In this document: piece by piece, positions 55,024 to 64,000 of the stretch | Position numbering within the stretch: the first letter of the stretch is position 1 | How the letters are laid out: every line of letters begins with the position of its first letter | Source: an uncultured Pseudomonadales bacterium | GTDB lineage: Bacteria; Pseudomonadota; Gammaproteobacteria; Pseudomonadales; JANQJO01 | DNA: 64,000 nt | Assembly (NCBI GenBank): GCA_964510525.1 | Contig: CAZECE010000042.1 | Span: 9,272 to 73,271, forward strand | Direction of reading: 5' to 3' | The notes under the pieces: generated by a model | What the model saw: only the letters and a program-made list of their open reading frames with translations | What the model was told of the DNA's origin: nothing | Database searches by the model: none | Position numbers and translations under genes: made by a program

Positions 55024-56937
55024 TTAAAGGGGGGGCGTTTTGAGTTGGAACCGCTCCGGGTGTATCGCTTGTTGCAGTGTTTTTGAGATAGCAAAAGGCG
55101 CTCCTGCTAAATAGCTTAACAGAATATCGGCACAGATCCAGGCGTGGGTGAACCCTCGAGAGCCTAATCCACAATTGATTAGGACTTTGCTGTTGAATCC
55201 AAGTTGCTCAATAGGGCCGACTAACGGCAAATAATCACGCGACTGTGTTCGAATCGCAGTGCGCCCTTGAAGCGAATCGGTCGCTATGTTGCGGTACGCT
55301 TGGGCTATCTTTGGGCTTAAGAGAGGCAGATAGTTGATGTTTTCTTGATGCTCTTTGGGTTTCAGGCTGTCATCTGCGTTATTTGGATAATAGGTGGCCC
55401 CCAAAATCTGTACGCTGTCGCTGGAGGCCATTTTTGGTAACAAATAGTTTTTACCACTGAGAATGGTTGTTAGGGCCTCGCTTTCAGGTGTGCAGGGCAG
55501 TTCGGTTAGCTGGCCTCGTATTGGCAGTAAATTGAGCGCCAGCTGAGGGAGAAGCTGTTGCGTGTGAAAGGCTGTACACAAAATGATGTGATCATAGTCA
55601 TTAAGCGCCTGCTCTATTGTGTGTGTTGAAAATAATGTGTTAAGTCTCACGTCGATATTGGGGTGTTGGCATAAGGCTTGGCACAGTTCTGCTGCGGGTA
55701 TGAGGTGGGCTTTGGGGTAATACATCCCTGTGTTTTCGATGGTTGTATTGGCAATGTCGCTGGCTTGTTCTGGGGATACGACTTGCTCCCAAGCCTCCGG
55801 CCAAAGTTTGTGTTGTCGGATTTTGTTGAATCGCTTTTCTTCTCGAGGGTTACCAGGAAATTGAATCATGCCAGTGTTGGGCAGATGAACACTGGATGGC
55901 GTAAGGGCTTCAAGATTGGAGGCAGAAAAATAACTGCTATTGTGCTGAAACTCATTGAAGCAGCCTTTGAAAATGGATAAAGGTGTTTGCAGCGCTGCTC
56001 TGGCATTGCCAGAAGCTTTGGCCGCAATCTGGGTTTCTGAATCGGTGAGTGCCACGTGATAACCGGCGCTTGCTAAACGGTGTGCTGTGCTACAGCCGCT
56101 GATGCCAGCGCCAACAACGAGGGTTTTTTTGTGGCGGGATTGGGACAGTTTCGGTGATTTAGAAAAGGTGCTGTTTTGAGTGGGCGGGGTAATATAACCT
56201 GCCAGCATTTCTCTTTTGTGTTGAAAGCCTGGACGTTTTGAGACGCTGAACCCTGCCGCTTGTAACCCTCGACGAACCTGGCCTGCGGCTGTAAATGTCG
56301 CAAAATTTGCGTTCGGTGCTGCAATGCGTGCCATCTGTGAGAATAACGCGTCGCTCCACATTGCCGGGTTTTTTTGTGGAGAAAAGCCGTCGAGAAAAAA
56401 TGTATCGATATAACCGGAAAATTGGCTGAGGGCTTCTAGTGCATCCTGCCAGAGTAAGGTAAGGCTGATGTTGTACTCTGGCCATACCAGTCGATAACGA
56501 CCTGGAATAAGGGGAGGATAATGTCGTACTAGTCTGTTACCAATCATCTTTGATGGCGTGTTACTGAGGGAAGGGTTGAGCAGCAGTTGGTTGAGCTGGG
56601 TTTTAAAATGCGCTTGCGTCAGGGGGTGTTTTTCAATCGTGATGTAATGCAGCTGTGGCTGTGTTGTTTGGCTGGTTGCCTGTTGGTGTTTAAAAAAGGT
56701 GTTGCAGGCCAATAAAAAATTTAAACCGGTACCAAAGCCAGTTTCTAAAATGCGTAAACGCCCTTGTGTTTCTCCAAGGCGTCTTTCTAAGTGTGTATTA
56801 TGAATAAAGACGTACAGGCTTTCTTCAATAGGGTGGTTGGGGTTGAAGTAGACGTCTTGATATTCCAGGCTTTTAGGGAATTGAGCGTTTGGATCCAGTT
56901 TGGCAGGAATTAAGGGGGTAATGCAGCTGTCTATCAT
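55024..56937 (-). CDS. mnmC: bifunctional tRNA (mnm5s2U34) methyltransferase / FAD-dependent cmnm5s2U34 oxidoreductase MnmC
   Basis: N-terminal MTase half (ILETGFGTGLNFL, FFLDGFSP.KNP.MW) and C-terminal DAO-type FAD half (VVGAGISGCSTA..LA..G). Confidence 0.9.
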   Translation of the reverse strand: MIDSCITPLIPAKLDPNAQFPKSLEYQDVYFNPNHPIEESLYVFIHNTHLERRLGETQGRLRILETGFGTGLNFLLACNTFFKHQQATSQTTQPQLHYITIEKHPLTQAHFKTQLNQLLLNPSLSNTPSKMIGNRLVRHYPPLIPGRYRLVWPEYNISLTLLWQDALEALSQFSGYIDTFFLDGFSPQKNPAMWSDALFSQMARIAAPNANFATFTAAGQVRRGLQAAGFSVSKRPGFQHKREMLAGYITPPTQNSTFSKSPKLSQSRHKKTLVVGAGISGCSTAHRLASAGYHVALTDSETQIAAKASGNARAALQTPLSIFKGCFNEFQHNSSYFSASNLEALTPSSVHLPNTGMIQFPGNPREEKRFNKIRQHKLWPEAWEQVVSPEQASDIANTTIENTGMYYPKAHLIPAAELCQALCQHPNIDVRLNTLFSTHTIEQALNDYDHIILCTAFHTQQLLPQLALNLLPIRGQLTELPCTPESEALTTILSGKNYLLPKMASSDSVQILGATYYPNNADDSLKPKEHQENINYLPLLSPKIAQAYRNIATDSLQGRTAIRTQSRDYLPLVGPIEQLGFNSKVLINCGLGSRGFTHAWICADILLSYLAGAPFAISKTLQQAIHPERFQLKTPPL

Positions 56938-56956
56938 GCTGGGAGTGGATGAGGTT

Positions 56957-57697
56957 CTAATCCCAAGTGGATTTTGGGCGTCGGCGAGCCAGGTGTGGCA
57001 AAAGTAAGGTTAAGATCACACCGATGATCACGGCAATGGCGCCCTGCATAATGCCTTCAGCTCGGTTGTCCGACTGTAATTGATAATTTTGCGTTTCAAA
57101 CTGCTCGAGCTTGCTGGCCATCAATTCAAGTTGCTGGCGCATTTTGGTGTTGTCTTCGGCTAAGGCTTGGCTTTGAGAGGTGGTGGCTTTTAATTCATCG
57201 TATTGCCGTTTGATGGATTGCAAGCGTTCGGTTGCTGCTTGGTGTCGAGTTTGCAAATCAGCTACTTTCGCGTTTAGATTGCCTGCCTGTACTGAACTGG
57301 CTTTGTTTTCTTTTTTGATGGCTTCTAATTGTTTGTTTAAACGCAATACTTTGACTTTGGCGCTGGGTTCGGATTGCAAAAATTGGTTCCGAACCCAACC
57401 AGTGCCAAGACTGTTTTGGACATGGCTCCAAGTGACGCCTTCGTTGTCGGTGTGACTTTCTAAGATAGTGACTTGATTGCCGCTTTTTAGAAACCGGGTG
57501 ATCCGATGTTTTAGGGTGGGGCCAGAGCGCAGCTCAACAGAGAGGTCGTCACTGATGTAGAGTTTTTCTGCATACACTGGGGTTGCCATCGCCAATAGTA
57601 GTGTTAAAGCGACTGAAGTGAGCAAAGCCAATAGTGCTGATTGCAAAGTCGATGATGCCGAGTCAGTTAGGGAAGAGAAAACAGCGTTTCTTGTCAT
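56957..57697 (-). CDS. SH3-domain protein with coiled coil and C-terminal membrane anchor (YgiM-like)
   Basis: Signal peptide, SH3_3-like segment (LYISDDLSVELRSGP....RI...L.SG..V.....), long coiled coil, and terminal TM followed by basic residues. Confidence 0.7.
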   Translation of the reverse strand: MTRNAVFSSLTDSASSTLQSALLALLTSVALTLLLAMATPVYAEKLYISDDLSVELRSGPTLKHRITRFLKSGNQVTILESHTDNEGVTWSHVQNSLGTGWVRNQFLQSEPSAKVKVLRLNKQLEAIKKENKASSVQAGNLNAKVADLQTRHQAATERLQSIKRQYDELKATTSQSQALAEDNTKMRQQLELMASKLEQFETQNYQLQSDNRAEGIMQGAIAVIIGVILTLLLPHLARRRPKSTWD

Positions 57698-57947
57698 GGT
57701 TGTTCCTTTTTTGAGCGGTTTCAGTGGGTGGGGTCGTTGCGGGCTTGTGGTGTTAACACCTATTAATACCCACTAGCAGGCAGCAAAAATTAGTTACCCG
57801 AGTCTGAAACATCTGTCCTAAAATGATAATATCAAAGCGTTTTTTATGAGTGTTGAGTTTATACACCGGAACCGGTTTCAAGTATAGGCCTATCTTTTTT
57901 AACCATTTTAACGGTAATCAGACTGAGAAAGCTCGAGGCAGCAGACG

Positions 57948-60635
57948 ATGGCGATAGATCACTTTTACGGGGACCAAGACCCCGCGGAGACTCAAGAATG
58001 GTTGCAAGCTTTCCAGTCGTTAATTGATTTTGCGGGGCCTGAGCGGGCTCGGGAAATTTTGGATCATCTGAATACCTTGGGACGAGCGGCAGGTGTTAAC
58101 TCTGATCACTTAAATACGCCTTATCTTAATACCATTGCCATACCAGATCAGGCGCCGCTGCCAGGCGACTTATACCTAGAGCGGCGTATTCGATCGTTAA
58201 TTCGTTGGAATGCGTTAGCGATGGTTTTACGGGCTAACCGAGATAATGATGACGAATTAGGGGGGCACATAGCGACCTTTGCTTCCGCTGCTACCTTGTA
58301 TGATGTTGGCTTTAACCACTTTTTTCGGGGGGCCAGTGCGGGATTTGGTGGGGATATGGTGTTTTTTCAAGGCCATTCGTCGCCTGGAGTGTATGCCCGA
58401 GCATTTTTAGAAGGGCGCATTTCTGAAGAGCAGATGGATGGGTTTCGTCGTGAAGTGGGGGGCGGTGGTTTGTCGTCTTACCCGCACCCTTGGTTGATGC
58501 CTGAGTTTTGGCAATTTCCTACGGTTTCGATGGGCTTGGGCCCCATTCAAGCGATCTATCAAGCGTACTTTTCCAAATACCTAGAGAACCGCGAGTTGTT
58601 GCCGGTTCAAGGTCAAAAGGTATGGGCGTTTTTGGGTGATGGGGAGATGGATGAACCGGAATCATTAGGCGCTATTTCGTTGGCCGGTCGAGAAAAGCTT
58701 GATAACTTGATTTTTGTGGTCAATTGTAACTTGCAACGATTGGATGGCCCGGTTCGCGGTAATGGTAAAATCATTCAAGAATTGGAAGGTGTTTTCCGAG
58801 GTGCAGGTTGGAATGTGATTAAAGTTATTTGGGGTCGTCATTGGGATCCTTTGCTGGCGCGCGATGACACAGGTGTGTTACGACAGCGCATGGAAGAGTG
58901 TGTGGATGGCGAGTATCAAGCCTATAAAACCCATGGCGGTGGCTACACCCGAGAGCACTTTTTTAACAAGTACCCTGAACTGGCGGCCATGGTGGCGGAT
59001 TTCAGTGATGAGGACATCTATAAGTTAAATCGGGGCGGGCACGATCCAAGCAAAGTGTACGCGGCTTATCATCAAGCTTGTGCTCACCAAGGACAGCCTA
59101 CCGTGATTTTGGCAAAAACCGTGAAAGGTTATGGTTTAGGAGCGGGCGAAGGGCTGAATAAAACCCATCAGTTGAAAAAGATGGACATGGTCAGTTTGAA
59201 AAGCTTCCGTGATCGTTTTGATATGCCGTTCAATGACGATGAGTTGGAAAAACTCCCGTACTACCGCCCATCGGAAGACAGCACTGAGATTCGGTATTTG
59301 AAAGAGCGCCGCCAAGCGTTGGGTGGTTATGTGCCGAGTCGCCGTAAAAGCAGCGAGTCGTTGTCGGTACCGGATATTTCCGCTTTTGAGAATCAGCTGA
59401 AAGGCAGTGATGGTAAAGCCTTGTCGACGACTATGGGGTTTGTGCGCATGTTATCAACTCTGTTGAAAAACCCGGAGTTGGGTGAGCGTGTTGTACCCAT
59501 TGTGCCGGATGAAGCTCGTACGTTTGGCATGGAGGGCATGTTTCGTCAGCTGGGTATCTATTCCAGTGTGGGCCAGCTTTACAAACCAGAAGATGCGGGG
59601 CAGATGATGTATTACCGCGAGGACAAAACCGGTCGGATTTTGGAAGCAGGCATTAACGAGGCGGGCGCTTTTTCAGCGTGGTTGGCGGCGGCCACCAGTT
59701 ACAGTCATCACAATTATCCGATGATTCCATTTTATATTTTCTACTCGATGTTTGGTTTTCAGCGCATCGGTGATTTGATTTGGGCCGGGGGTGATATGCA
59801 GGCCCGTGGCTTTTTGATTGGAGCCACGGCGGGTCGTACCACGTTAAATGGCGAAGGCCTTCAGCATCAAGACGGCCACAGCCATTTGTTGGCTGCAACT
59901 GTCCCGAATTGCGTGGCCTATGACCCTGCTTATAATTCGGAATTGGCGGTGATTGTGCAAAGTGGTTTAAAGCGCATGATGGCAGAGCAGGAGAATGTGT
60001 TTTATTACATCACGACGATGAATGAAAATTATCGTCATCCAGGTTTGTCTGACGAACCTGAGCAGCGTGACAAACAGATAGCCGGCATTATTAAAGGCAT
60101 GTATGTTTTGGATGATCGTACCACGCCGGATGCATCAAATCTGAAATTGCATTTGCTGGGCAGTGGCACCATCCTTAATGAAGTTGTCGCTGCCGCTGAT
60201 ATTCTGGCGGATGTGTATCTGGTTCAAGCCTGCATTTGGAGTGTGACCAGTTTCAGTGAATTGCGTCGGCAAGGTTTGGCGGTTGAGAGAAAAAATCGAC
60301 TCAACCCAGAAGCTGAGCCTGAAAAAGCCTATGTCAGTGAGTGTTTGGACGCGCGCCCAATGCCGGTGGTCGCGGCCAGTGATTATATGAAGTTGGTGGC
60401 CGATCAAATCCGTCCTTTTGTCTCTTCGCACTTTACGGCTCTCGGAACGGATGGGTTTGGTCGCAGTGACTCTCGTGAACAGTTGCGGCACCATTTTGAG
60501 GTTGATCGCTATTTTATCGTTTTGGCGGCCTTGACGGCATTGGCCGACAAGGGGTACATCGGGCGCAGTAAAGTGGTGGATGCGATACAGCGGTTTGAGT
60601 TGGATGCCGCTAAAATTGATCCTTCTAAAGCCTAA
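57948..60635 (+). CDS. aceE: pyruvate dehydrogenase E1 component (homodimeric type)
   Basis: 895 aa. DPAETQEWL..F, GGHIATFASAATLY and GDGEMDEPES ThDP motifs. Confidence 0.97.
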   Translation: MAIDHFYGDQDPAETQEWLQAFQSLIDFAGPERAREILDHLNTLGRAAGVNSDHLNTPYLNTIAIPDQAPLPGDLYLERRIRSLIRWNALAMVLRANRDNDDELGGHIATFASAATLYDVGFNHFFRGASAGFGGDMVFFQGHSSPGVYARAFLEGRISEEQMDGFRREVGGGGLSSYPHPWLMPEFWQFPTVSMGLGPIQAIYQAYFSKYLENRELLPVQGQKVWAFLGDGEMDEPESLGAISLAGREKLDNLIFVVNCNLQRLDGPVRGNGKIIQELEGVFRGAGWNVIKVIWGRHWDPLLARDDTGVLRQRMEECVDGEYQAYKTHGGGYTREHFFNKYPELAAMVADFSDEDIYKLNRGGHDPSKVYAAYHQACAHQGQPTVILAKTVKGYGLGAGEGLNKTHQLKKMDMVSLKSFRDRFDMPFNDDELEKLPYYRPSEDSTEIRYLKERRQALGGYVPSRRKSSESLSVPDISAFENQLKGSDGKALSTTMGFVRMLSTLLKNPELGERVVPIVPDEARTFGMEGMFRQLGIYSSVGQLYKPEDAGQMMYYREDKTGRILEAGINEAGAFSAWLAAATSYSHHNYPMIPFYIFYSMFGFQRIGDLIWAGGDMQARGFLIGATAGRTTLNGEGLQHQDGHSHLLAATVPNCVAYDPAYNSELAVIVQSGLKRMMAEQENVFYYITTMNENYRHPGLSDEPEQRDKQIAGIIKGMYVLDDRTTPDASNLKLHLLGSGTILNEVVAAADILADVYLVQACIWSVTSFSELRRQGLAVERKNRLNPEAEPEKAYVSECLDARPMPVVAASDYMKLVADQIRPFVSSHFTALGTDGFGRSDSREQLRHHFEVDRYFIVLAALTALADKGYIGRSKVVDAIQRFELDAAKIDPSKA

Positions 60636-60653
60636 CAGGTAAGGTTATTGATT

Positions 60654-62408
60654 ATGACGCAACAACTGACAATTGCTGTTCCTGATTTAGGTGATCTTGA
60701 TCAAGCCGAAGTAGTCGAAGTTTTGATTAAGAAAGGCGACGCTTTAGCGGAAGGCCAAACGCTTATGACGTTGGAATCCGATAAAGCGTTGATTGAAGTC
60801 CCTGCGACGGAAGCGGGGGATGTGGTTGAGGTGCACATTCGCTCTGGTCAGATGGTGAAAACCGGTGACCCCATGGTGACTTTGGCGTTTGCAGAACTCC
60901 CGGTTAAAGAGCAGCCCGTTGCAGGATCTGCATCTGTTGAAGAGTCCAAGCCTGCGAGTGAATCTGCAGCCGATGCCGGTGTTAAAGCCGTTGAGCCCTC
61001 TGCTGAAAAAAAGGATGGAATGCCTGAGCCAGAAATCGAACCAGAAACGGAATCCGAAGAAGAAAGCGATACCGCTTCTGAGACGGTAAGAGTGCCCGAT
61101 TTAGGGGACATTGAACAAGCCGAAATTGTTGAGTTGTTGGTGTCGGTGGGCGATCAGGTCGTAGCGGATCAAACCGTGATGACGTTGGAGTCCGATAAAG
61201 CCTTGTTGGAAGTGCCCAGCTCCATGGCGGGTAAGGTGGCGGAAATATGGGTTCGTGCTGGGCAGAGTGTGTCAAGCCAGCAGCCCTTAATGGCATTGGC
61301 TATTGCATCGAGTGCTGCATCGAGTGTTGCATCCAATCAAACAGTCGAGTCACCTGTTGAATCAGAGAGTAAGCCGAATCAAAAACTGGAAATGCCGCCG
61401 GTGCTGCGAGAAGTAGCTGCGCCCGCCGACATTAAGCCTGTCGATCATAATAAAATCCCAGCGCCAGCAGTGAATGCAGCTGAAGCCGTGTATGCGGGGC
61501 CTGCCGTGCGGCGTTTGGCGAATCAGTTGGGCGTTGATCTGACTCAAGTGCCGCCCACAGGTCCTCGAAAGCGTATATTAAAAGAAGATGTGAAAGCCTA
61601 TGTGAAACAGCACATGACAAATCAGGGCATGACGCAACCGGTTGAAGCGGCTGGTTCTTCTGTGGCGGCAGTCAGCGGTTTTCCAGAAATTGACTTTTCG
61701 CAGTGGGGGGATGTGACGTCGGTCAAGGTGTCGCGCATTCAAAAGAAAACCGCAGAATTGCTGACGCGTTCCTGGTCGCAAATTCCACAAGTGACGCAAT
61801 TTGATTCCGCTGATATTACAGAGCTTGAAGCGTTCCGAAAAACAGAAGGCGCACGGTTAAAACCCACAGGGGTGAAGTTAACCATGGTGGCGTTTTTGGT
61901 GAAAGCCAGTGCGTACGTGTTGCGTGCCATGCCACAGTTCAACAGCTCCTTGTCGCCCGATCAAACCACGTTGCATCAAAAAGATTACGTGCACATTGGG
62001 GTCGCCGTGGATACACCCAATGGTTTGTTGGTGCCTGTGATTCGGGATGCCGATAAAAAGTCGGTGATTGAGATCGCAAATGATGTGGTGGCGTTAAGTG
62101 GTAAGGCAAGAGAAGGTAAGTTGTCTCCCGATGAAATGAAAGGCGGTTGTTTTTCGGTATCTTCTCTGGGAGGGTTAGGTGGTACCGCGTTTACGCCCTT
62201 AGTCAATTGGCCTGAAGTCGCTATTTTGGGTGTGTCTCGCTCCAAGCTAGAGCCGGTGTGGCAGGCAGAGAGTAAAGCCTTTGAACCGAGATTGATGTTG
62301 CCTTTATCGTTGAGTTACGACCATCGCGTTATTAACGGCGCTGATGCCGCTCGGTTTACGACCTTGTTGGGCGAGGTATTGGCGGATATGCGTAAGGTTT
62401 TGTTATAG
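60654..62408 (+). CDS. aceF: dihydrolipoyllysine-residue acetyltransferase E2 with two lipoyl domains
   Basis: Two lipoyl domains (TLESDKALIEVP / TLESDKALLEVP), an E3-binding domain (AGPAVRRLANQLGVDL) and a catalytic domain (SYDHRVINGADAARF). ATG 60654 preferred over TTG 60648. Confidence 0.95.
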   Translation: MTQQLTIAVPDLGDLDQAEVVEVLIKKGDALAEGQTLMTLESDKALIEVPATEAGDVVEVHIRSGQMVKTGDPMVTLAFAELPVKEQPVAGSASVEESKPASESAADAGVKAVEPSAEKKDGMPEPEIEPETESEEESDTASETVRVPDLGDIEQAEIVELLVSVGDQVVADQTVMTLESDKALLEVPSSMAGKVAEIWVRAGQSVSSQQPLMALAIASSAASSVASNQTVESPVESESKPNQKLEMPPVLREVAAPADIKPVDHNKIPAPAVNAAEAVYAGPAVRRLANQLGVDLTQVPPTGPRKRILKEDVKAYVKQHMTNQGMTQPVEAAGSSVAAVSGFPEIDFSQWGDVTSVKVSRIQKKTAELLTRSWSQIPQVTQFDSADITELEAFRKTEGARLKPTGVKLTMVAFLVKASAYVLRAMPQFNSSLSPDQTTLHQKDYVHIGVAVDTPNGLLVPVIRDADKKSVIEIANDVVALSGKAREGKLSPDEMKGGCFSVSSLGGLGGTAFTPLVNWPEVAILGVSRSKLEPVWQAESKAFEPRLMLPLSLSYDHRVINGADAARFTTLLGEVLADMRKVLL

Positions 62409-62466
62409 CTGATAATTTTATGAGAGGATCTCTTGGTTATCAAAGTAATAATTGAGTTTGGTTTTT

Positions 62467-62488
62467 TGTAAAAATGTACATTTTTACA
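62467..62488. promoter_or_regulatory. perfect 22-bp palindrome upstream of the toxin-antitoxin pair (candidate operator)
   Basis: TGTAAAAATGTACATTTTTACA equals its own reverse complement. It lies 68 nt upstream of the antitoxin start. A further TGTAAA occurs at about 62533. Confidence 0.35.
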
Positions 62489-62555
62489 TTTGTAGGTTTG
62501 TGTGTGTGTTGCTATGATTTCCCTATCAACATTGTAAACCAATGAGGTCTCAATT

Positions 62556-62810
62556 TTGAGTCGAATAGTGCTCGATGTTTCAGGTGAAGATCACCAAAAG
62601 ATAAAAGCTCTTGCGGCGTTACAGGGGAAATCTATTAAAGATTATGTTTTGGGGAAGGTTTTTTCTGATCGTGCTGATGAAGAAGAGGCTATGGTAACAC
62701 TCCAATCTTTATTGTCCGAGCGTATTGCAAGGGCGGAATTGAAAGGAAGTACCGGAAAATCATTCAGCCAAATTGCAGATGACGCCATTCGAAATAGGTT
62801 CGATCGTTAG
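62556..62810 (+). CDS. type II antitoxin, ribbon-helix-helix (ParD/CopG-like)
   Basis: TTG start 9 nt after GAGG. N-terminal RHH pattern (RIVLDVSGEDHQKIKALAALQGKSIKDYVL). Its stop overlaps the toxin start by 1 nt (TAGTG). Confidence 0.7.
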   Translation: MSRIVLDVSGEDHQKIKALAALQGKSIKDYVLGKVFSDRADEEEAMVTLQSLLSERIARAELKGSTGKSFSQIADDAIRNRFDR

Positions 62811-63118
62811 TGTCGAATTTTGAAGTCAGCTTCGATGCTGAGCAAGATTTGCTGGATATCATTTCTTACACTATCGAAAATCATGGTGTGCCAAAAATGG
62901 AGTTGTATATTGCCAAACTGGAAAAGTGCGCTGATCAGCTTGCTATGAAACAGGGCCACTTCCGTGTGATTGATGTTGATTACAAATCAGTTCGCGTAAA
63001 GCATTGCCAGCATCATTATATTTTTGGTTTTGATCGTGACTCTTCTGTCTTTGAGGTGATTGCTATCTTCCACGAGCGTATGGATTTAATAAGGCGATTG
63101 GAGATTAGGCTTTCTTAA
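62810..63118 (+). CDS. type II toxin, RelE/ParE family (ParE-like)
   Basis: 102 aa. F...A..DL..I..YT........A..Y...L......L...............R......HYIF.......V.VI.I.HERMDL is the ParE pattern. Confidence 0.75.
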   Translation: MSNFEVSFDAEQDLLDIISYTIENHGVPKMELYIAKLEKCADQLAMKQGHFRVIDVDYKSVRVKHCQHHYIFGFDRDSSVFEVIAIFHERMDLIRRLEIRLS

Positions 63119-63879
63119 TTTGGTTTTTGAGTTAACTCCACAATCGATCCTGACGGGGCTTCGTAATCTTCGCTTAAAAGTGCTCTAAAACTTCCAATTA
63201 TGGTTTCTGGTGCTACTACCTTGTTCGGATCTTCAGCCGGAAACGCTTCGGCGCGCATGGCCGTGCGGACGGGGCCTGGGTCTACAGAGTAAAAGCGTAA
63301 GTTCTTAAGGTGGGCGAGTTCTTCGCTCCATTGTTTCATCATCGCATCAGTGGCGGCTTTTGATATGGCGTAAGCACCCCAGTGGGCTTTGTGTTGTTGG
63401 CCAGCAGAGTCGGATGAGAAAATCACACGCGCATTATTGGATAACCGTAAGCAAGGCAGCAGGGCTTTGGTCAGCATGAAGGCGCTGGTTAGATTGGTTT
63501 GAAAAACGGTTTGCCAAGTGTCTAGCGGGTATTGTTCTAGCAGAGTCAGCTTGCCCAGTAGAGCGGCGTTATGAATCAATGCATCGAGTTTTTTGCAGTG
63601 GGTGAGGATGTTGTCGTGAATCTCTTTACAGTTTTCTTCCGTTAACTCGGAGAGATCGCAATGTAACTGAATAGGTGTCGTTGCTGTTTTTTCTATAATC
63701 TCATCGTAGACCTGATCAAGGCCTGCTTGGTCTTTATCTAACAACAGCACTTCGGCTTGTTGCTCGGCAAAGTGTAGAGCTAAGGCTTTGCCAATGCCGT
63801 GTGCGGCCCCGGTGATTAAGATGGTTTTGTCTTTTAGGTTATTATTTTCTGTTGAGTTGTGATCAGTGTTTGTGTTCAT
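63115..63879 (-). CDS. SDR family oxidoreductase (YciK-like)
   Basis: TGAAHGIGKA cofactor motif and catalytic Y...K (YAISKAA). Its 3' end overlaps the ParE stop by 4 nt. Confidence 0.85.
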   Translation of the reverse strand: MNTNTDHNSTENNNLKDKTILITGAAHGIGKALALHFAEQQAEVLLLDKDQAGLDQVYDEIIEKTATTPIQLHCDLSELTEENCKEIHDNILTHCKKLDALIHNAALLGKLTLLEQYPLDTWQTVFQTNLTSAFMLTKALLPCLRLSNNARVIFSSDSAGQQHKAHWGAYAISKAATDAMMKQWSEELAHLKNLRFYSVDPGPVRTAMRAEAFPAEDPNKVVAPETIIGSFRALLSEDYEAPSGSIVELTQKPN

Positions 63880-63920
63880 GGGGTTTACTTAACGTTAGGT
63901 TTACTGGTTGATTATAGTGA

Positions 63921-64000
63921 CTAGAGCCAGTTTTCTACTCTTAACCCGGACACTCGGGAAAATTCTTTGGTGTTATTGGTTACTATGATTAAGCCTTCAC
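63921..64000 (-). CDS. 3' end of a PIN-domain (VapC-like) toxin gene, truncated by the window edge
   Basis: My own translation of the minus strand gives ...EGLIIVTNNTKEFSRVSGLRVENWL*, with stop TAG at 63921-63923. The (L/V)VT.N.K(E/D)F.R(V/I).GL..ENW ending is typical of VapC. Confidence 0.45.
   Translation of the reverse strand, partial: EGLIIVTNNTKEFSRVSGLRVENWL

Noticed and set aside
55005-55094. 30-aa N-terminal extension of the 7TMR-DISM ORF
   Set aside because: It would overlap the 3' end of mnmC by 71 nt. The internal ATG 55004 gives a normal 19-nt intergenic gap and a plausible N-terminus.
60848-61296. Minus-strand ORFs within aceF
   Set aside because: They are antisense to the Ala/Pro/Glu-rich inter-domain linkers of E2 and have no independent support.
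62409-62555. Missing lpdA after aceF as an anomaly
   Set aside because: aceEF without an adjacent lpd is normal in several gammaproteobacteria such as Pseudomonas, so on its own this is not evidence of replacement by the TA module.

Overview
This 64-kb window is gammaproteobacterial chromosome. By eye it is moderately AT-rich; GC was not computed. Gene content would fit a Thiotrichales-type sulfur oxidiser, but I cannot confirm the organism. Most of it is conserved core. It carries tRNA-Leu(GAG) and initiator tRNA-fMet, the rpsU-yqeY-dnaG-rpoD operon with tRNA-Ile2(CAU) directly behind it, and divergent tsaD. It also has the block zinc-ribbon/aspS/yebC/ruvCAB/tolQRAB-pal-cpoB/queE-queC/tRNA-Lys, in the same order as Pseudomonas but without ybgC. 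mnmC and aceE-aceF are present too. No CRISPR array, rRNA, integrase, transposase or phage gene was seen. The non-core parts are listed here. (1) A minus-strand pilus-related module at 47.5-55.0 kb has an MshM/ExeA-like ATPase, an MshN-like TPR protein, two non-canonical pilin-like proteins, a PilU-type ATPase with an extra tail, and a 7TMR-DISM receptor whose kinase and receiver motifs are degenerate. No secretin, platform protein, assembly ATPase or prepilin peptidase accompanies it. This is my best candidate for something undescribed, but it is an inference from motifs only. (2) The ProRS precisely lacks the INS editing domain. (3) One HU-fold protein has a histone-H1-like Lys/Ala N-terminal tail. 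(4) A two-hairpin intergenic repeat family occurs in two direct copies bracketing a 4-kb cassette (YtoQ, AT-rich orphan, SulP-USP). (5) An AT-richer segment at 7.9-14.5 kb abuts the 3' end of tRNA-Ile2. It carries BASS and split YeeE transporters, a four-gene D/L-hydroxy-amino-acid cluster and an orphan gene. (6) A ParD/ParE-like pair with a perfect 22-bp palindrome, plus a partial VapC, lie at the right edge. All product calls come from reading motifs in the supplied translations, since no database search was possible.
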